DNA of 64,000 nt from Promethearchaeota archaeon Loki_b31 (GTDB lineage Archaea > Asgardarchaeota > Lokiarchaeia > Sigyniarchaeales > SOKP01), in contig NJBI01000010.1 of NCBI GenBank assembly GCA_005222975.1, positions 1-64,000 of the forward strand, in the 5' to 3' direction. Positions 50,557-60,181 of the stretch are shown one piece after another. Each line of letters begins with the position of its first letter. Position 1 is the first letter of the stretch. A program made the translations under genes and the position numbers. Under the pieces are notes generated by a model, which ran no database searches, was not told the DNA's origin, and saw only the letters and a list, made by a program, of their open reading frames with translations.

Positions 50557-51438
50557 TCAGAATTCGTAGCCACACTTCTTACATACATTCTTTTTAGCAT
50601 ACATGGGTATATGGCCAACATATGACAAGACTTTTGTTTTATCCTCAATTTGCTTGATTTCTCGTCCTACTGATCCGCACATGGGACAAGTTATCCTTTC
50701 ATCGTTAGCAAAACCACCCGTGCCCATTTCTGGAGGCTTTAACTCGCCTAATTCGGTTTCAACATCATCTAGATGTGCAGTTTGAGCTTCAATTAGTTTT
50801 TCTTTAGCACTTAAATTATTACTTAACTCTTGAATACTGGTGTCTTTTTGCAGCAACGTATTGTTTAATTCCATTAATTGTTCGTTTAATTTCGTGTTTT
50901 CTTCTTGGGTACTCGTAAGTTTGCTATTCAATTCTTGAACTTCAGAAGTTAGATTATCAATTTTTTCTTGGCTTTCTGAAGTTGAGCTTTGCAACCCATT
51001 TATTTGAGCTTTAGATGCGTCTAACTCTGAAGATAAACTCGAGATCGTTGCTTCAAATTCTTGCTCTTTACTTTCTAATTTCTCTTCAAGTTCGCTTGCT
51101 TTACTATTTATGTTTTCAAGATTAGAATTCAAATTATTTACAGTTTGTATTTTATCTTCGAGATTGCTGTTAACTTGTTCTAATATCGATTTAGTTTCAT
51201 TTAACTCAGTTTTGGTGCTATCATGCGTAGATTTAGTACTATTAAGATCAGTTGTAGTAGCCTCGAGTTTTCCCTCAGTAGCTTTAAGGTTACTCTGCGT
51301 TCCAGTCAAATCAATTTTAGTTTCGCTAAGTTGTTTTTCTAAATCGTTAACTTTCGCTCTTAAGTCTAATAAGAACCTTCCTTCTACGGCTTGCTTCTTA
51401 TCAGGCTTTTCTTCTGCTTTGGCCCAGTCTATCGACAT
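50557..51438 (-). CDS. Long coiled-coil protein with C-terminal zinc ribbon
   Basis: Heptad repeats; CPMC..CKKCGYEF. Confidence 0.8.
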   Translation of the reverse strand: MSIDWAKAEEKPDKKQAVEGRFLLDLRAKVNDLEKQLSETKIDLTGTQSNLKATEGKLEATTTDLNSTKSTHDSTKTELNETKSILEQVNSNLEDKIQTVNNLNSNLENINSKASELEEKLESKEQEFEATISSLSSELDASKAQINGLQSSTSESQEKIDNLTSEVQELNSKLTSTQEENTKLNEQLMELNNTLLQKDTSIQELSNNLSAKEKLIEAQTAHLDDVETELGELKPPEMGTGGFANDERITCPMCGSVGREIKQIEDKTKVLSYVGHIPMYAKKNVCKKCGYEF

Positions 51439-51625
51439 TATTTTTCACTTTATGTGTGAATTTTGATTTTTTTGGTTATTAATTTTTTATATTTATAATT
51501 ACTATAATAGGTTTGTTTTAAAAATCTATTTTTATAAAAAAACAATATTTTAAAGTAAAAATTGTGTAAAATTTATTTATTTTACGGTTGTTATATTATA
51601 ATAATAATAACTTTTCAGATTAGAA

Positions 51626-52504
51626 TTGAGCAAAATGGAGAGAGATAATAATTCCAAATTTGAAATGGATTATATATCTACATCTGGAGTTTACAAAACC
51701 CCTTTTTCTTTGATTATAATAGTACAATTGTTTATAGGGGGTATAGTTTTATTTCTTGTGAACTTATGGTTTATTAATAGTTTACATTATCTTTTAACTG
51801 GAAGCGAATTTTATTCTTTTGGGTTAAAGGCTGAGTGGTATTATTGGTTATTGCTTCCTCTAAATATATATGGAAATATTTTACTATTCACATTTACAAT
51901 CATATTATTTTCTGCCGGAATTTTTAAGCTACTGAACAAACTCTCTCCACCCCGAGAGGGAATTTTTGAGAGAGGAAGTAAGGACTGGAAGTACATGCAT
52001 AGAAGGTTCTGGGTGGCATATTTCCCGATTTGGTTGGCAAGAGCTTTACCATTGCCTTGGGTTGATATTGTTGTTTATCGATTTTTCGGTACTCGGGTTG
52101 GAAAAAGCGTAGTTTTATATGAAGGGTATGTAGATCCTTTATTTATAGAGATTGGTGATTTTACGATGACTTCATTAAACATTTGTATTTTTTCACATTT
52201 AATTTATCAAGATAAAATCTTAATTAAAAAAGTAAAAATTGGAAAGGCATGCGTTGTAGGACCTCACACAATAGTTTCGCCAGGTACAATCATGCAAGAT
52301 TTCGCCATATTGGGCGTAAATAGTTATACATCGATTGAACAGGAATTAGAAGGTAATTTAATTCACATAGGTACTCCAGTGAGTTTAACATTGCCTATTC
52401 AATCAGTCGAAGATTCTCAAAAAAAAGCGAAAAAAGTTAAACTAGGGTCTTCAAATGCCGAAGTGAATCAAAATGAAAACGATCTAAATTTAAAAGAGGA
52501 GTGA
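51626..52504 (+). CDS. Membrane protein with left-handed beta-helix (acyltransferase-like) domain
   Basis: TM helices, then FFGTRVGKSV, IEIGD, VKIGKACVVG hexapeptide repeats. Confidence 0.75.
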   Translation: MSKMERDNNSKFEMDYISTSGVYKTPFSLIIIVQLFIGGIVLFLVNLWFINSLHYLLTGSEFYSFGLKAEWYYWLLLPLNIYGNILLFTFTIILFSAGIFKLLNKLSPPREGIFERGSKDWKYMHRRFWVAYFPIWLARALPLPWVDIVVYRFFGTRVGKSVVLYEGYVDPLFIEIGDFTMTSLNICIFSHLIYQDKILIKKVKIGKACVVGPHTIVSPGTIMQDFAILGVNSYTSIEQELEGNLIHIGTPVSLTLPIQSVEDSQKKAKKVKLGSSNAEVNQNENDLNLKEE

Positions 52505-52507
52505 AAA

Positions 52508-53245
52508 TTGTTTCAACCTGTTAGCTTAAAGGGAGATTCACCATCACCTATAGACGAGAGAATTAGAAGTAAATACCTAATTTTATATATTGGAATAATT
52601 ATTCTTAGCCTTGTTCCCTTCTCTATTTTTGAATATTCGTATGTTATTTATTTTTGGAACAAGATGGGTTATTGGTTATTCTTTATATTATTGCCGCTTA
52701 ATGTTTTAGCCGCGATCTACATAATTCAATTTAGTGCGACTTTAATATCAGTTTTAATTTTGAAAATAGTTAACCTCCTACATGTTCCAAAAGAAGGTAA
52801 CTTCAAACGATCTTTAGAAGATCGGGATTATCTCTTTTGGAATATACGAAATTTTGTTAAAAAATGTCCGTTATATGTTGCAGCTTCAAATCCGTTTCCA
52901 TGGTTTAAAAATCGGTTCACTTTAAGGTTTTTTGGTGTAAAAATCGGGAAAAAAACAATTTGTGATAATAGTTGGATTTCTTCGGAATTCGTATCAATTG
53001 GAGCGAATGTTATAATAGGAATGAATTCTACGATCTTGAGTTTTGGTATTGAACAAGATAATTTCATTTTAAGAAAAATAAGAGTGGAAAGCGATGCTCT
53101 TATCGGAGCCAAATGCGTTCTTCTGCCTGGTACGGTTATGGAACAAAACTCGAAACTTTCAGCTCATTCGTATACAAGTTACGACCAGATTCTAAAAGAT
53201 AATTCAATTTATTTAGGTCATCCAGCAAAATTAAAAACTACTTAA
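52508..53245 (+). CDS. Membrane protein with left-handed beta-helix domain, paralog of upstream gene
   Basis: FFGVKIGKK, VSIGANVIIG, ALIGAKCVLLPG, YLGHPAK. Confidence 0.75.
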   Translation: MFQPVSLKGDSPSPIDERIRSKYLILYIGIIILSLVPFSIFEYSYVIYFWNKMGYWLFFILLPLNVLAAIYIIQFSATLISVLILKIVNLLHVPKEGNFKRSLEDRDYLFWNIRNFVKKCPLYVAASNPFPWFKNRFTLRFFGVKIGKKTICDNSWISSEFVSIGANVIIGMNSTILSFGIEQDNFILRKIRVESDALIGAKCVLLPGTVMEQNSKLSAHSYTSYDQILKDNSIYLGHPAKLKTT

Positions 53246-53249
53246 AAAT

Positions 53250-54848
53250 ATGATCTCCGAAAAAAGCTTTAGAATTAATCCAAAGGAGAAGTTAGAGTCG
53301 AAAAAAAGACTTGTGATCATATCTGATACTCATATTACTCGATCGGGTGGCGCATTTAACCTTCACGCCTTTAATGTTGGAATGGAAAAAATAAATAAAA
53401 TTAAAGACGCGTCTATTTACTTGCATTTAGGAGATATTACTCACATGGGAACATTATTGGAATACGAGTATGCGTTAGAGCAATTTGAAAAGTTCCAACC
53501 TTTATCCAAAAGTCCAAAAATGATATTTTTAATAGGAAACCACGACGCAATGAATGTAGGGTATTTGTTATTTGAAGAACTGGTCGGAACCAGACATTAT
53601 ACCTATGAAGATGACGATCTTTATATATATGGGATAGATAGTACAAAACCCGATTTACCTGGTGGAATAATTCATCATAGTATAATCGAATCAGTTAGAA
53701 AAAAGTTAGAAAAACCTGAAAGAGAAAATAAATTTAAGGTTGTATGTTTTCATCATCAATTAATACCGATTCCTAACACAGGAAAAGAACGATCAGCGAT
53801 AGATGATTCAGGAGATATGCTTAAGATGCTTTTAGAGGCAAAAGCAGATTTAGTTTTAAATGGGCATCGACATTTTTCTAATTTATATACTGTGAGTAGC
53901 AGTGAGAAAGATTTATTTGTTTTTAATGCAGGAACTTTTTGCTGTAACAAAACGAGGTATCGTGAATTATTTACTTATTCAATCATAGATATTGATGGCA
54001 ACAATCTTAATTTTAAAGTGATTCCCGTATTAGATTCAAATTCTCAACGAGAAATTCTACGCGAAGTTAACTATTATATTCCATTACAGATAGATAAAAA
54101 ACAAAAACCTATTGCTAGATTTATTCAAATATCAAATTCGTTAGTTTCAGAACGATTTGAGAGTAATTTCAATAATTTTGATAAAGCAATTGAAAAAATT
54201 AATAAAATTGGCGAAGTTGATTTAGTTGTTCATGCGGGTAATCTTACTAAGAATAGCTTTAAAGAAGAGTTTCAAATAGCTAAGGATAAACTAAATCAAT
54301 TAAAGCATCCTTATTTGGCCGTTCCGGGATATACTGATTCAAAACCTCTTGCTTGGGAATACTGGAAACATTACTTTGGAGAATTTGATCCGCTGTATGA
54401 AAATGACAATATATATTTTCAGGGTATGAACTCTACGACTTTAGATTCGAAAGAAGGATTTATTGGTCGAAAAAAATTGAATAAGTTCATCGAAAAAGTG
54501 TTGTCGCTTAGTCATCAGAAAATTTTTGGAGTTTGTTGTTTTCACAACTTAATACCTACTCCTTTAAGCGTGTGGAGGACGGAATTAATTGATTCTGGAG
54601 ATGTTCTTTCTCAATTTGCCAGATCACAAATTGATTTGGTTTTAAATTCTTCGCCGAGCATTTCATTTAACATTAAAATTGAGAATACAGTCTTTTCAAA
54701 TGGTGGAAACCTTGAAGGTAAATATTTTGAGGAAGTTTTTATTGAAATTGAAATTTATAAGAAAGGACTAGTTGTATTGAAAGAACATAACTTACAAACG
54801 GGAGAGATAAAGGTTATTGGAAACTATTACCTATCTATTTTAATTTAA
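53250..54848 (+). CDS. Metallophosphoesterase with two domains, second degenerate
   Basis: SDTH, GDIT, GNHD, HH, GHRH in N-domain; SNSL, GNLT, GYTD in C-domain. Confidence 0.88.
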   Translation: MISEKSFRINPKEKLESKKRLVIISDTHITRSGGAFNLHAFNVGMEKINKIKDASIYLHLGDITHMGTLLEYEYALEQFEKFQPLSKSPKMIFLIGNHDAMNVGYLLFEELVGTRHYTYEDDDLYIYGIDSTKPDLPGGIIHHSIIESVRKKLEKPERENKFKVVCFHHQLIPIPNTGKERSAIDDSGDMLKMLLEAKADLVLNGHRHFSNLYTVSSSEKDLFVFNAGTFCCNKTRYRELFTYSIIDIDGNNLNFKVIPVLDSNSQREILREVNYYIPLQIDKKQKPIARFIQISNSLVSERFESNFNNFDKAIEKINKIGEVDLVVHAGNLTKNSFKEEFQIAKDKLNQLKHPYLAVPGYTDSKPLAWEYWKHYFGEFDPLYENDNIYFQGMNSTTLDSKEGFIGRKKLNKFIEKVLSLSHQKIFGVCCFHNLIPTPLSVWRTELIDSGDVLSQFARSQIDLVLNSSPSISFNIKIENTVFSNGGNLEGKYFEEVFIEIEIYKKGLVVLKEHNLQTGEIKVIGNYYLSILI

Positions 54849-54866
54849 AAGAGAATTAGGAATATC

Positions 54867-56087
54867 ATGGAAAAAAACCTTATTCTAGAGCAGTACAACT
54901 TAATACTAATAAGATACGCTGAGGTTTGGCTGAAATCGCAAAAAGTAAAAATCCGTATGCTCAAATTCTTAATGAATAATATAAAAAATATGCTCAAGAG
55001 AAAAGGAATTCACTTTAATAAGTATCAATTAAGCAAGGATTCCTCCAGAGTATTATTCTTTTTTAACAATAAAGATATTCCTAATGCTATCGAGGTATTA
55101 AAAAACGCTTTTGGAGTGCATTCACTCAGTCCGGCAATTAGAACTTCGAATAGTCTTAAAAACATTACTGAAAGAACGATAGAATTAGCTAAAGAAATTT
55201 TGGAAAAGGGCGATTCTTTTGCGCTCAGAGTTAGAAGATCTGGAAAACATGACTATACCTCAATGGAAGTGGCTAAAATCGTGGGTAAAGCCGTCATTGA
55301 CAATCTCTCGAATCATAACTTAAAAGTAAATCTAACTCACCCAAAGAAACAAATTTTTGTTGAAATAAGGCAAGACTTTTCATACATATTTTCTCAAGTA
55401 ATTAAGAGCAAATGGGGGGGCTTGCCAATTGAACCTGTAAAAAAGATATTAGTAATGGATGTCGGCAGGTTAAACGATTTAATAGCTGGTTTTTTATTAA
55501 TGAGAAGAGGCTCTGAAATTTATCCTGTATTGTTTGATATTACAGAAGATAAAGCACTGAACGATATCTGGATATCGAATTGGAAAGAAGTAACGGATTA
55601 CATACCTTTTAACCAGTTCAGATTAATAAAAGTTAATTTATATAACATTTTAAAAAAACTCAGCTCAGAATTAAGCGATATTCAGTACTTTTGCGGTATA
55701 TGTAGATTAATTAGATTTGATTTATTATCAAGAATTCTTACGGTTTCCAATTTTTCTTTTTACGAAAAAATTAGGGCAATAACAGACGGAACTAGTTTGA
55801 GCTGCTCGAGCATTTGTTCAGATTCAGTAGATTTAGATTCCATAGTACTTAATCACCTTATTTCTAAATTTCCTATTTTTACGCCGTTAATAGGTTTTGG
55901 AAAAGATAGTATTCAAAATCTAGCTTTTAAAATATCAAAAAAGTTTAAACCTATTGAGTATTGCCCATATAAACCAAAAGATCAAGAATTTGACGCTGAG
56001 AAATTAAAGAAAATATACGGTAATTTAAATCTTGATAAAATTCTTGAAGAAAGCGTTGAAAAAATTGTAGAAATAAAAATTTTTTAA
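54867..56087 (+). CDS. ThiI-like THUMP-domain tRNA sulfurtransferase with degenerate PP-loop
   Basis: IRYAEVWLKS, FGVHS, SFALRVRR, VNLTHP, GGLP, RRG, CGIC, PLIG; SGGxDS replaced by DVGRLND. Confidence 0.8.
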   Translation: MEKNLILEQYNLILIRYAEVWLKSQKVKIRMLKFLMNNIKNMLKRKGIHFNKYQLSKDSSRVLFFFNNKDIPNAIEVLKNAFGVHSLSPAIRTSNSLKNITERTIELAKEILEKGDSFALRVRRSGKHDYTSMEVAKIVGKAVIDNLSNHNLKVNLTHPKKQIFVEIRQDFSYIFSQVIKSKWGGLPIEPVKKILVMDVGRLNDLIAGFLLMRRGSEIYPVLFDITEDKALNDIWISNWKEVTDYIPFNQFRLIKVNLYNILKKLSSELSDIQYFCGICRLIRFDLLSRILTVSNFSFYEKIRAITDGTSLSCSSICSDSVDLDSIVLNHLISKFPIFTPLIGFGKDSIQNLAFKISKKFKPIEYCPYKPKDQEFDAEKLKKIYGNLNLDKILEESVEKIVEIKIF

Positions 56088-56240
56088 ATTACAAAAAACA
56101 AAAGCTCTTGAATTTTTGAACCTATTATTTTTCATTATGATTAAGCTTAAAAATAAATTAAATTTATTAAAATTGAATCAAATTTAGGATTGGATTTTAT
56201 CTAATCTTTTAACTTTTCAATTATATGGGGTCAAAATATT

Positions 56241-56522
56241 ATGGTTAAAGTTGATCTAAATTTATTGAACATATTTGTATTGAAGGTTAAAAAAAATACT
56301 ATTCAATACGAAGGAAACACCGTCGGTGATATTATAACTCAATTTCTTAAAGAGCATAAAAACCTATTAGATGATAGCATCCTATCCAAAAATAAGAAGA
56401 AATTAAATCCACTAATGATCATTTTACTCAACGGCAGAAACATCACTTACATGAAAAATTATAAAACGAAACTAAAAGAAGGAGACCAACTTTACATATC
56501 GTTCCCAATTTCGGGAGGGTAA
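56241..56522 (+). CDS. MoaD/ThiS/SAMP ubiquitin-like protein
   Basis: ILLNGRNI..TKLKEGD..PISGG C-terminal di-glycine. Confidence 0.9.
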   Translation: MVKVDLNLLNIFVLKVKKNTIQYEGNTVGDIITQFLKEHKNLLDDSILSKNKKKLNPLMIILLNGRNITYMKNYKTKLKEGDQLYISFPISGG

Positions 56523-56645
56523 TTCTTTTTTTTTTTAATCAAAATTTTTACAATAAAAAGTAAGTATTTATTAGTTTCTTCTGCTATAAATATTTTGTAG
56601 AGTTACTTCCGTAATTTTCAATAAAATGCCCAATGAACGATTATT

Positions 56646-57578
56646 ATGAAAAAAATTAGTTTTATAGGACTTGATAATGCAGGTAAGACTAGTATTATCA
56701 CTGTAATTACTAAAAGATTCGGTTTCGAAGAAGAGATTTCGAAATTGATGCCTACAAGAAAAATCGCACGTGATGCTTTCAAATTTTTAGGTGTTGAATT
56801 CATAAGAATGGATTTTGGGGGGCAATTACAATACAGAGAAGAATATTTGAAGAACCCAACTAAATACATTAGCGGAACCGACTTAATATTTTATGTCATA
56901 GATGCGCAAGATTACGACCGTTATGTTGAGACAATAGATTACCTTGACAAAGTTTTACTCTTCCTAAAAGAAGAACAAGACTACCCTCCAATGTGTATTC
57001 TTTTTCATAAATTCGATCCGCAACTTACTAAAGAAAAGGTAATAAACCAGAGAATTTTAACTATTAAACAAGCATTAACCCGATATTCAAATGATTTTGA
57101 TATCTTTTTCTTTGAGACTTCAATATACGATATTAAATCAATAATGGATGCTTTTTCAAGCGGGTTATCGTTATTATTTGAAAAAATGGAAATGGTATCT
57201 CAATTATTTGCTGAGATGAGTAAAAATTACAATTCGATTATGATCGCATTATTTGACCCTAAAGGAATAACAATTGGGGAGTATTATCGGCCGCATTTAC
57301 ATTTATTGGAAAAAATGCGGATTTACAATAAATATATAGATGCTCAAAAAAAAATAATAGCAGAAAACCGGACGCTATTAGAATTCTCAGACAAGTTTGA
57401 AAATGGCGATAGATATTCTGGATTGGTAGAAGTATTAAAGTTTGGGAACTTGGACTTCTATTTACTATTCATTATTGAAGAGGACGAACAGAATTTAGGA
57501 AATACTGTAGAAATGTTAAATAAAATAGAATCCGCGAAACCACAAATGGAAAATATAATTCTCCAATTAATACAGTAA
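56646..57578 (+). CDS. Arf/Rag-like small GTPase with C-terminal roadblock/longin-like domain
   Basis: GLDNAGKTS, PT, DFGGQ, HKFD, ETSI plus ~130-aa C-terminal extension. Confidence 0.85.
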   Translation: MKKISFIGLDNAGKTSIITVITKRFGFEEEISKLMPTRKIARDAFKFLGVEFIRMDFGGQLQYREEYLKNPTKYISGTDLIFYVIDAQDYDRYVETIDYLDKVLLFLKEEQDYPPMCILFHKFDPQLTKEKVINQRILTIKQALTRYSNDFDIFFFETSIYDIKSIMDAFSSGLSLLFEKMEMVSQLFAEMSKNYNSIMIALFDPKGITIGEYYRPHLHLLEKMRIYNKYIDAQKKIIAENRTLLEFSDKFENGDRYSGLVEVLKFGNLDFYLLFIIEEDEQNLGNTVEMLNKIESAKPQMENIILQLIQ

Positions 57579-57589
57579 AAGAGAAAGGT

Positions 57590-58666
57590 CTATTTAATTT
57601 TAAAAGTTTTAATAAAATCTTCCATTTCTTTCTTAGTTGGAATTAACTGATTAGTAATTTTATAAATCGCCGTATAAGTTGCAAATTCTATGCATTTGCT
57701 TAGAATATCTCTTAATTTTTCGAGATTCTCATCTTTATTTAATTGATCGAGCATTTCTTTATCTTTAACTAATTCAAATAATTTCGTCAAAAACCCCGCT
57801 GCAAAACAATCTCCTGCCCCCGTTCGATCGACAACTTCTTCAACTTCTATTCCGGGAAAAAAGATTTCAAAATTATCAGTTCTTGTAAAAGAACCTCCTT
57901 TTCCAGCCGTGTAAATTCGAATTTTTGCGTATTTTTTAAATTTTTCATCGACCTGATCGATTGAAAAAGTCCCATTTAATATAGAGTAAGCATCCTTTAA
58001 GTTTAAAAAAAATAAATCAAACTTTTGCTTGATTAATCCATCAAGTTGTTCGATTGATTGAACTTTTTGAGTCTCTATATTAAAAGCGGTTATCAAGCCC
58101 AATTTAGAACCATTTTCAAACAATTTAATAAACTTTTTCGCAATAGGTGTTGAATATAATATTTTTGCATTCAAAAAAGCATCATCTTCTATTTCTATTC
58201 CTTCGAAGTTCATTCTGTTTTTTAAATTAGGAGCTAAATGGATTTTTGTTGTAAAGTCTGATTTTATAATAGTACTAACTGGTGTAATCTCATCTATTTG
58301 AAAAATATCATCGGTGTTTATGCTTAGTTCATTTAGTTCTGTAATCATCCATTCACTTCCTCTTCCAATTACACTAATTAATTTAGTGAAAACTCCAAGT
58401 TTTGCGATAAATTCAGCTGAATTGTTACCATTCCCCCCTCTCTTAAAGTAACAATGCCCCACTATTTTTTTGGGTGTTTCTGAGAACCCTTTTTTAACTA
58501 TTTTTTCAAATAATTTTCTATTAAGATCATCTGGGTTGAATTTGATAAAATCAATTATATTCGTTACTATTTTTTGAACTAATTGCCAATAGAAATCGCT
58601 TTCATAGTATAAATCTTGATGTAATTCTCCTACAACAACAATATTCTTATTCAATTTGTTTTTCAC
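57590..58666 (-). CDS. PfkB-family carbohydrate kinase
   Basis: GGNGNN, TAGKGG, VDRTGAGDCFAAGF. Confidence 0.92.
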   Translation of the reverse strand: MKNKLNKNIVVVGELHQDLYYESDFYWQLVQKIVTNIIDFIKFNPDDLNRKLFEKIVKKGFSETPKKIVGHCYFKRGGNGNNSAEFIAKLGVFTKLISVIGRGSEWMITELNELSINTDDIFQIDEITPVSTIIKSDFTTKIHLAPNLKNRMNFEGIEIEDDAFLNAKILYSTPIAKKFIKLFENGSKLGLITAFNIETQKVQSIEQLDGLIKQKFDLFFLNLKDAYSILNGTFSIDQVDEKFKKYAKIRIYTAGKGGSFTRTDNFEIFFPGIEVEEVVDRTGAGDCFAAGFLTKLFELVKDKEMLDQLNKDENLEKLRDILSKCIEFATYTAIYKITNQLIPTKKEMEDFIKTFKIK

Positions 58667-58683
58667 CCTAAAAAAATAATAAA

Positions 58684-58787
58684 CGCAGATGGAGGGACTC
58701 GAACCCCCGAACGCTTACGCGCACCGGCTTTTATGGTAATAGTGCATTACTCTCGAAGCCGGCGTCTTACCACTGGACCACATCTGC
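58684..58787 (-). tRNA. tRNA-Ser(CGA) with 22-nt intron at 37/38 (58730-58751)
   Basis: Acceptor GCAGATG/CATCTGC, discriminator G, anticodon stem CCGGC/GCCGG, loop TT-CGA-G|A, long variable arm, GTTCGAGTC T-loop. Confidence 0.92.
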
Positions 58788-58920
58788 TTTAAATTATATG
58801 CTTTATTAGGATTAGTCGTAAAAAATATAAATTATTTTCTAATAACATTTTGTTTGGATTGAATAAAAGTAAGTAAAGTAAATTAAAAAAATTAGTAGCT
58901 GAAATAATATAAATCAGAGA

Positions 58921-59220
58921 TTAAGATTTAGGAACATAAATCTTTAATTTTAATGAAGGATCTAATAATTTTATTAAGCCTTCTTCTTCGTATTGCTTTA
59001 ATAGCAGATTTACAGTTGATATTCTTAAATCATACTTTAGAGCTAAATCAGACGCTAAAATTGATTTCCGTTTCGAAAGTGATTCTCTAATTTCCTTTTC
59101 TATTGAATTAGGTATAAAAGCATCTCTTTCTACAATAGTGATTTGTTTTGATCTTCCGTATTTTCTACGCAAATTTAAAGTTGCTTTTCTGACCACTAAC
59201 TTTTCTTCCTTTTCAGACAA
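58921..59220 (-). CDS. rps25e: Ribosomal protein eS25-like
   Basis: ILASDLALKYDLRISTVNLLLKQYEEEGLIKL..IYVP winged helix; probable TTG start at 59220. Confidence 0.75.
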   Translation of the reverse strand: MSEKEEKLVVRKATLNLRRKYGRSKQITIVERDAFIPNSIEKEIRESLSKRKSILASDLALKYDLRISTVNLLLKQYEEEGLIKLLDPSLKLKIYVPKS

Positions 59221-59371
59221 TAGTATCACATTAAAAAATTGAAATGTCAAAAATTAAAGATAATTAAAATATTAAATATTTAAATTCTAATAAAATTTTT
59301 GATTTATAAACTGATTTAAGAAAGCTTTTTCCGTATCAAATAGCGAAGCAAATTAGATAGGCATACTCAAT

Positions 59372-60004
59372 TTGAGCGATGATTATTTTTTTAATATCAA
59401 ACGTAAAAGACCAGAGGAATTATATAAGAGCGCATTAGAATATTTTAAGAAGGATACTCTTTCTAGTTATGCCAAGTCTAAATCCATAATGCGTACACAA
59501 AGAAAAATTACATTGAGAGCATTAGAAATAATGGAACTTAAAGAGAACCATTGTTTAATACTTGATGCTGGTTGTGGTCCTGGATTTGTGGCGATTTACC
59601 TGAATGAATTAGGACACACGACAATAGCACTTGACATCATTTCAGATTTTCTCAATTTTTACGATATTAAAGATTTAAATCCCATTCTTGCTGATATGTG
59701 TTATCCTCCATTTCAACCAAGCATTTTCGACGCAATTATTTCCATTTCTGCTTTGCAATGGATCTACAAAGATTCAAATTTAGAAAAAAAGCGTTTAGAT
59801 TTAATTGGTCTTTTTAAATCGTTTTATAGCATTCTGAAGCCTAACGGGAAAGCAGTTTTTCAATTTTATCCAAAAAATAAAATAATATTGGATGACATTG
59901 GAGATATTATTGCTGAGAATACAAAATTTAAGGGAAATTTCATTATTGATAACCCAAATAATCCAAAAAAAAGAAAAATCTTCTTAATCCTAAAAAAGGA
60001 GTAG
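59372..60004 (+). CDS. Bud23/WBSCR22-like SAM-dependent rRNA methyltransferase
   Basis: RPEE, Q.KITLRALE, LDAGCG, FDAIISISALQW, QFYPKN, IIDNP..KKRKIFLIL match Bud23 motifs as recalled. Confidence 0.8.
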   Translation: MSDDYFFNIKRKRPEELYKSALEYFKKDTLSSYAKSKSIMRTQRKITLRALEIMELKENHCLILDAGCGPGFVAIYLNELGHTTIALDIISDFLNFYDIKDLNPILADMCYPPFQPSIFDAIISISALQWIYKDSNLEKKRLDLIGLFKSFYSILKPNGKAVFQFYPKNKIILDDIGDIIAENTKFKGNFIIDNPNNPKKRKIFLILKKE

Positions 60005-60057
60005 CCATAAAATATAGTTAAAATTCTTTTGAATTTTTGATTTTCTTCCTTTTTCTA

Positions 60058-60104
60058 AACATAAGATTATAAGAACATAAGATTATAAGAACATAATATT
60101 ATAA
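60058..60104. repeat. Tandem 16-bp repeat, about 3 copies
   Basis: AACATAAGATTATAAG x2 + AACATAATATTATAA. Confidence 0.85.
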
Positions 60105-60181
60105 TTTTATAAATTTGTTAAAAAAAAAGATGAAAAAGCATCATTGGAAAAAAGGAAAAATGAAGAAGGTGTAATTTAGAA

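Noticed and set aside
58684-58787. Possible tRNA-Sec given the nearby selenoproteins
   Set aside because: Anticodon is CGA with a normal 7-bp acceptor stem and short D-stem
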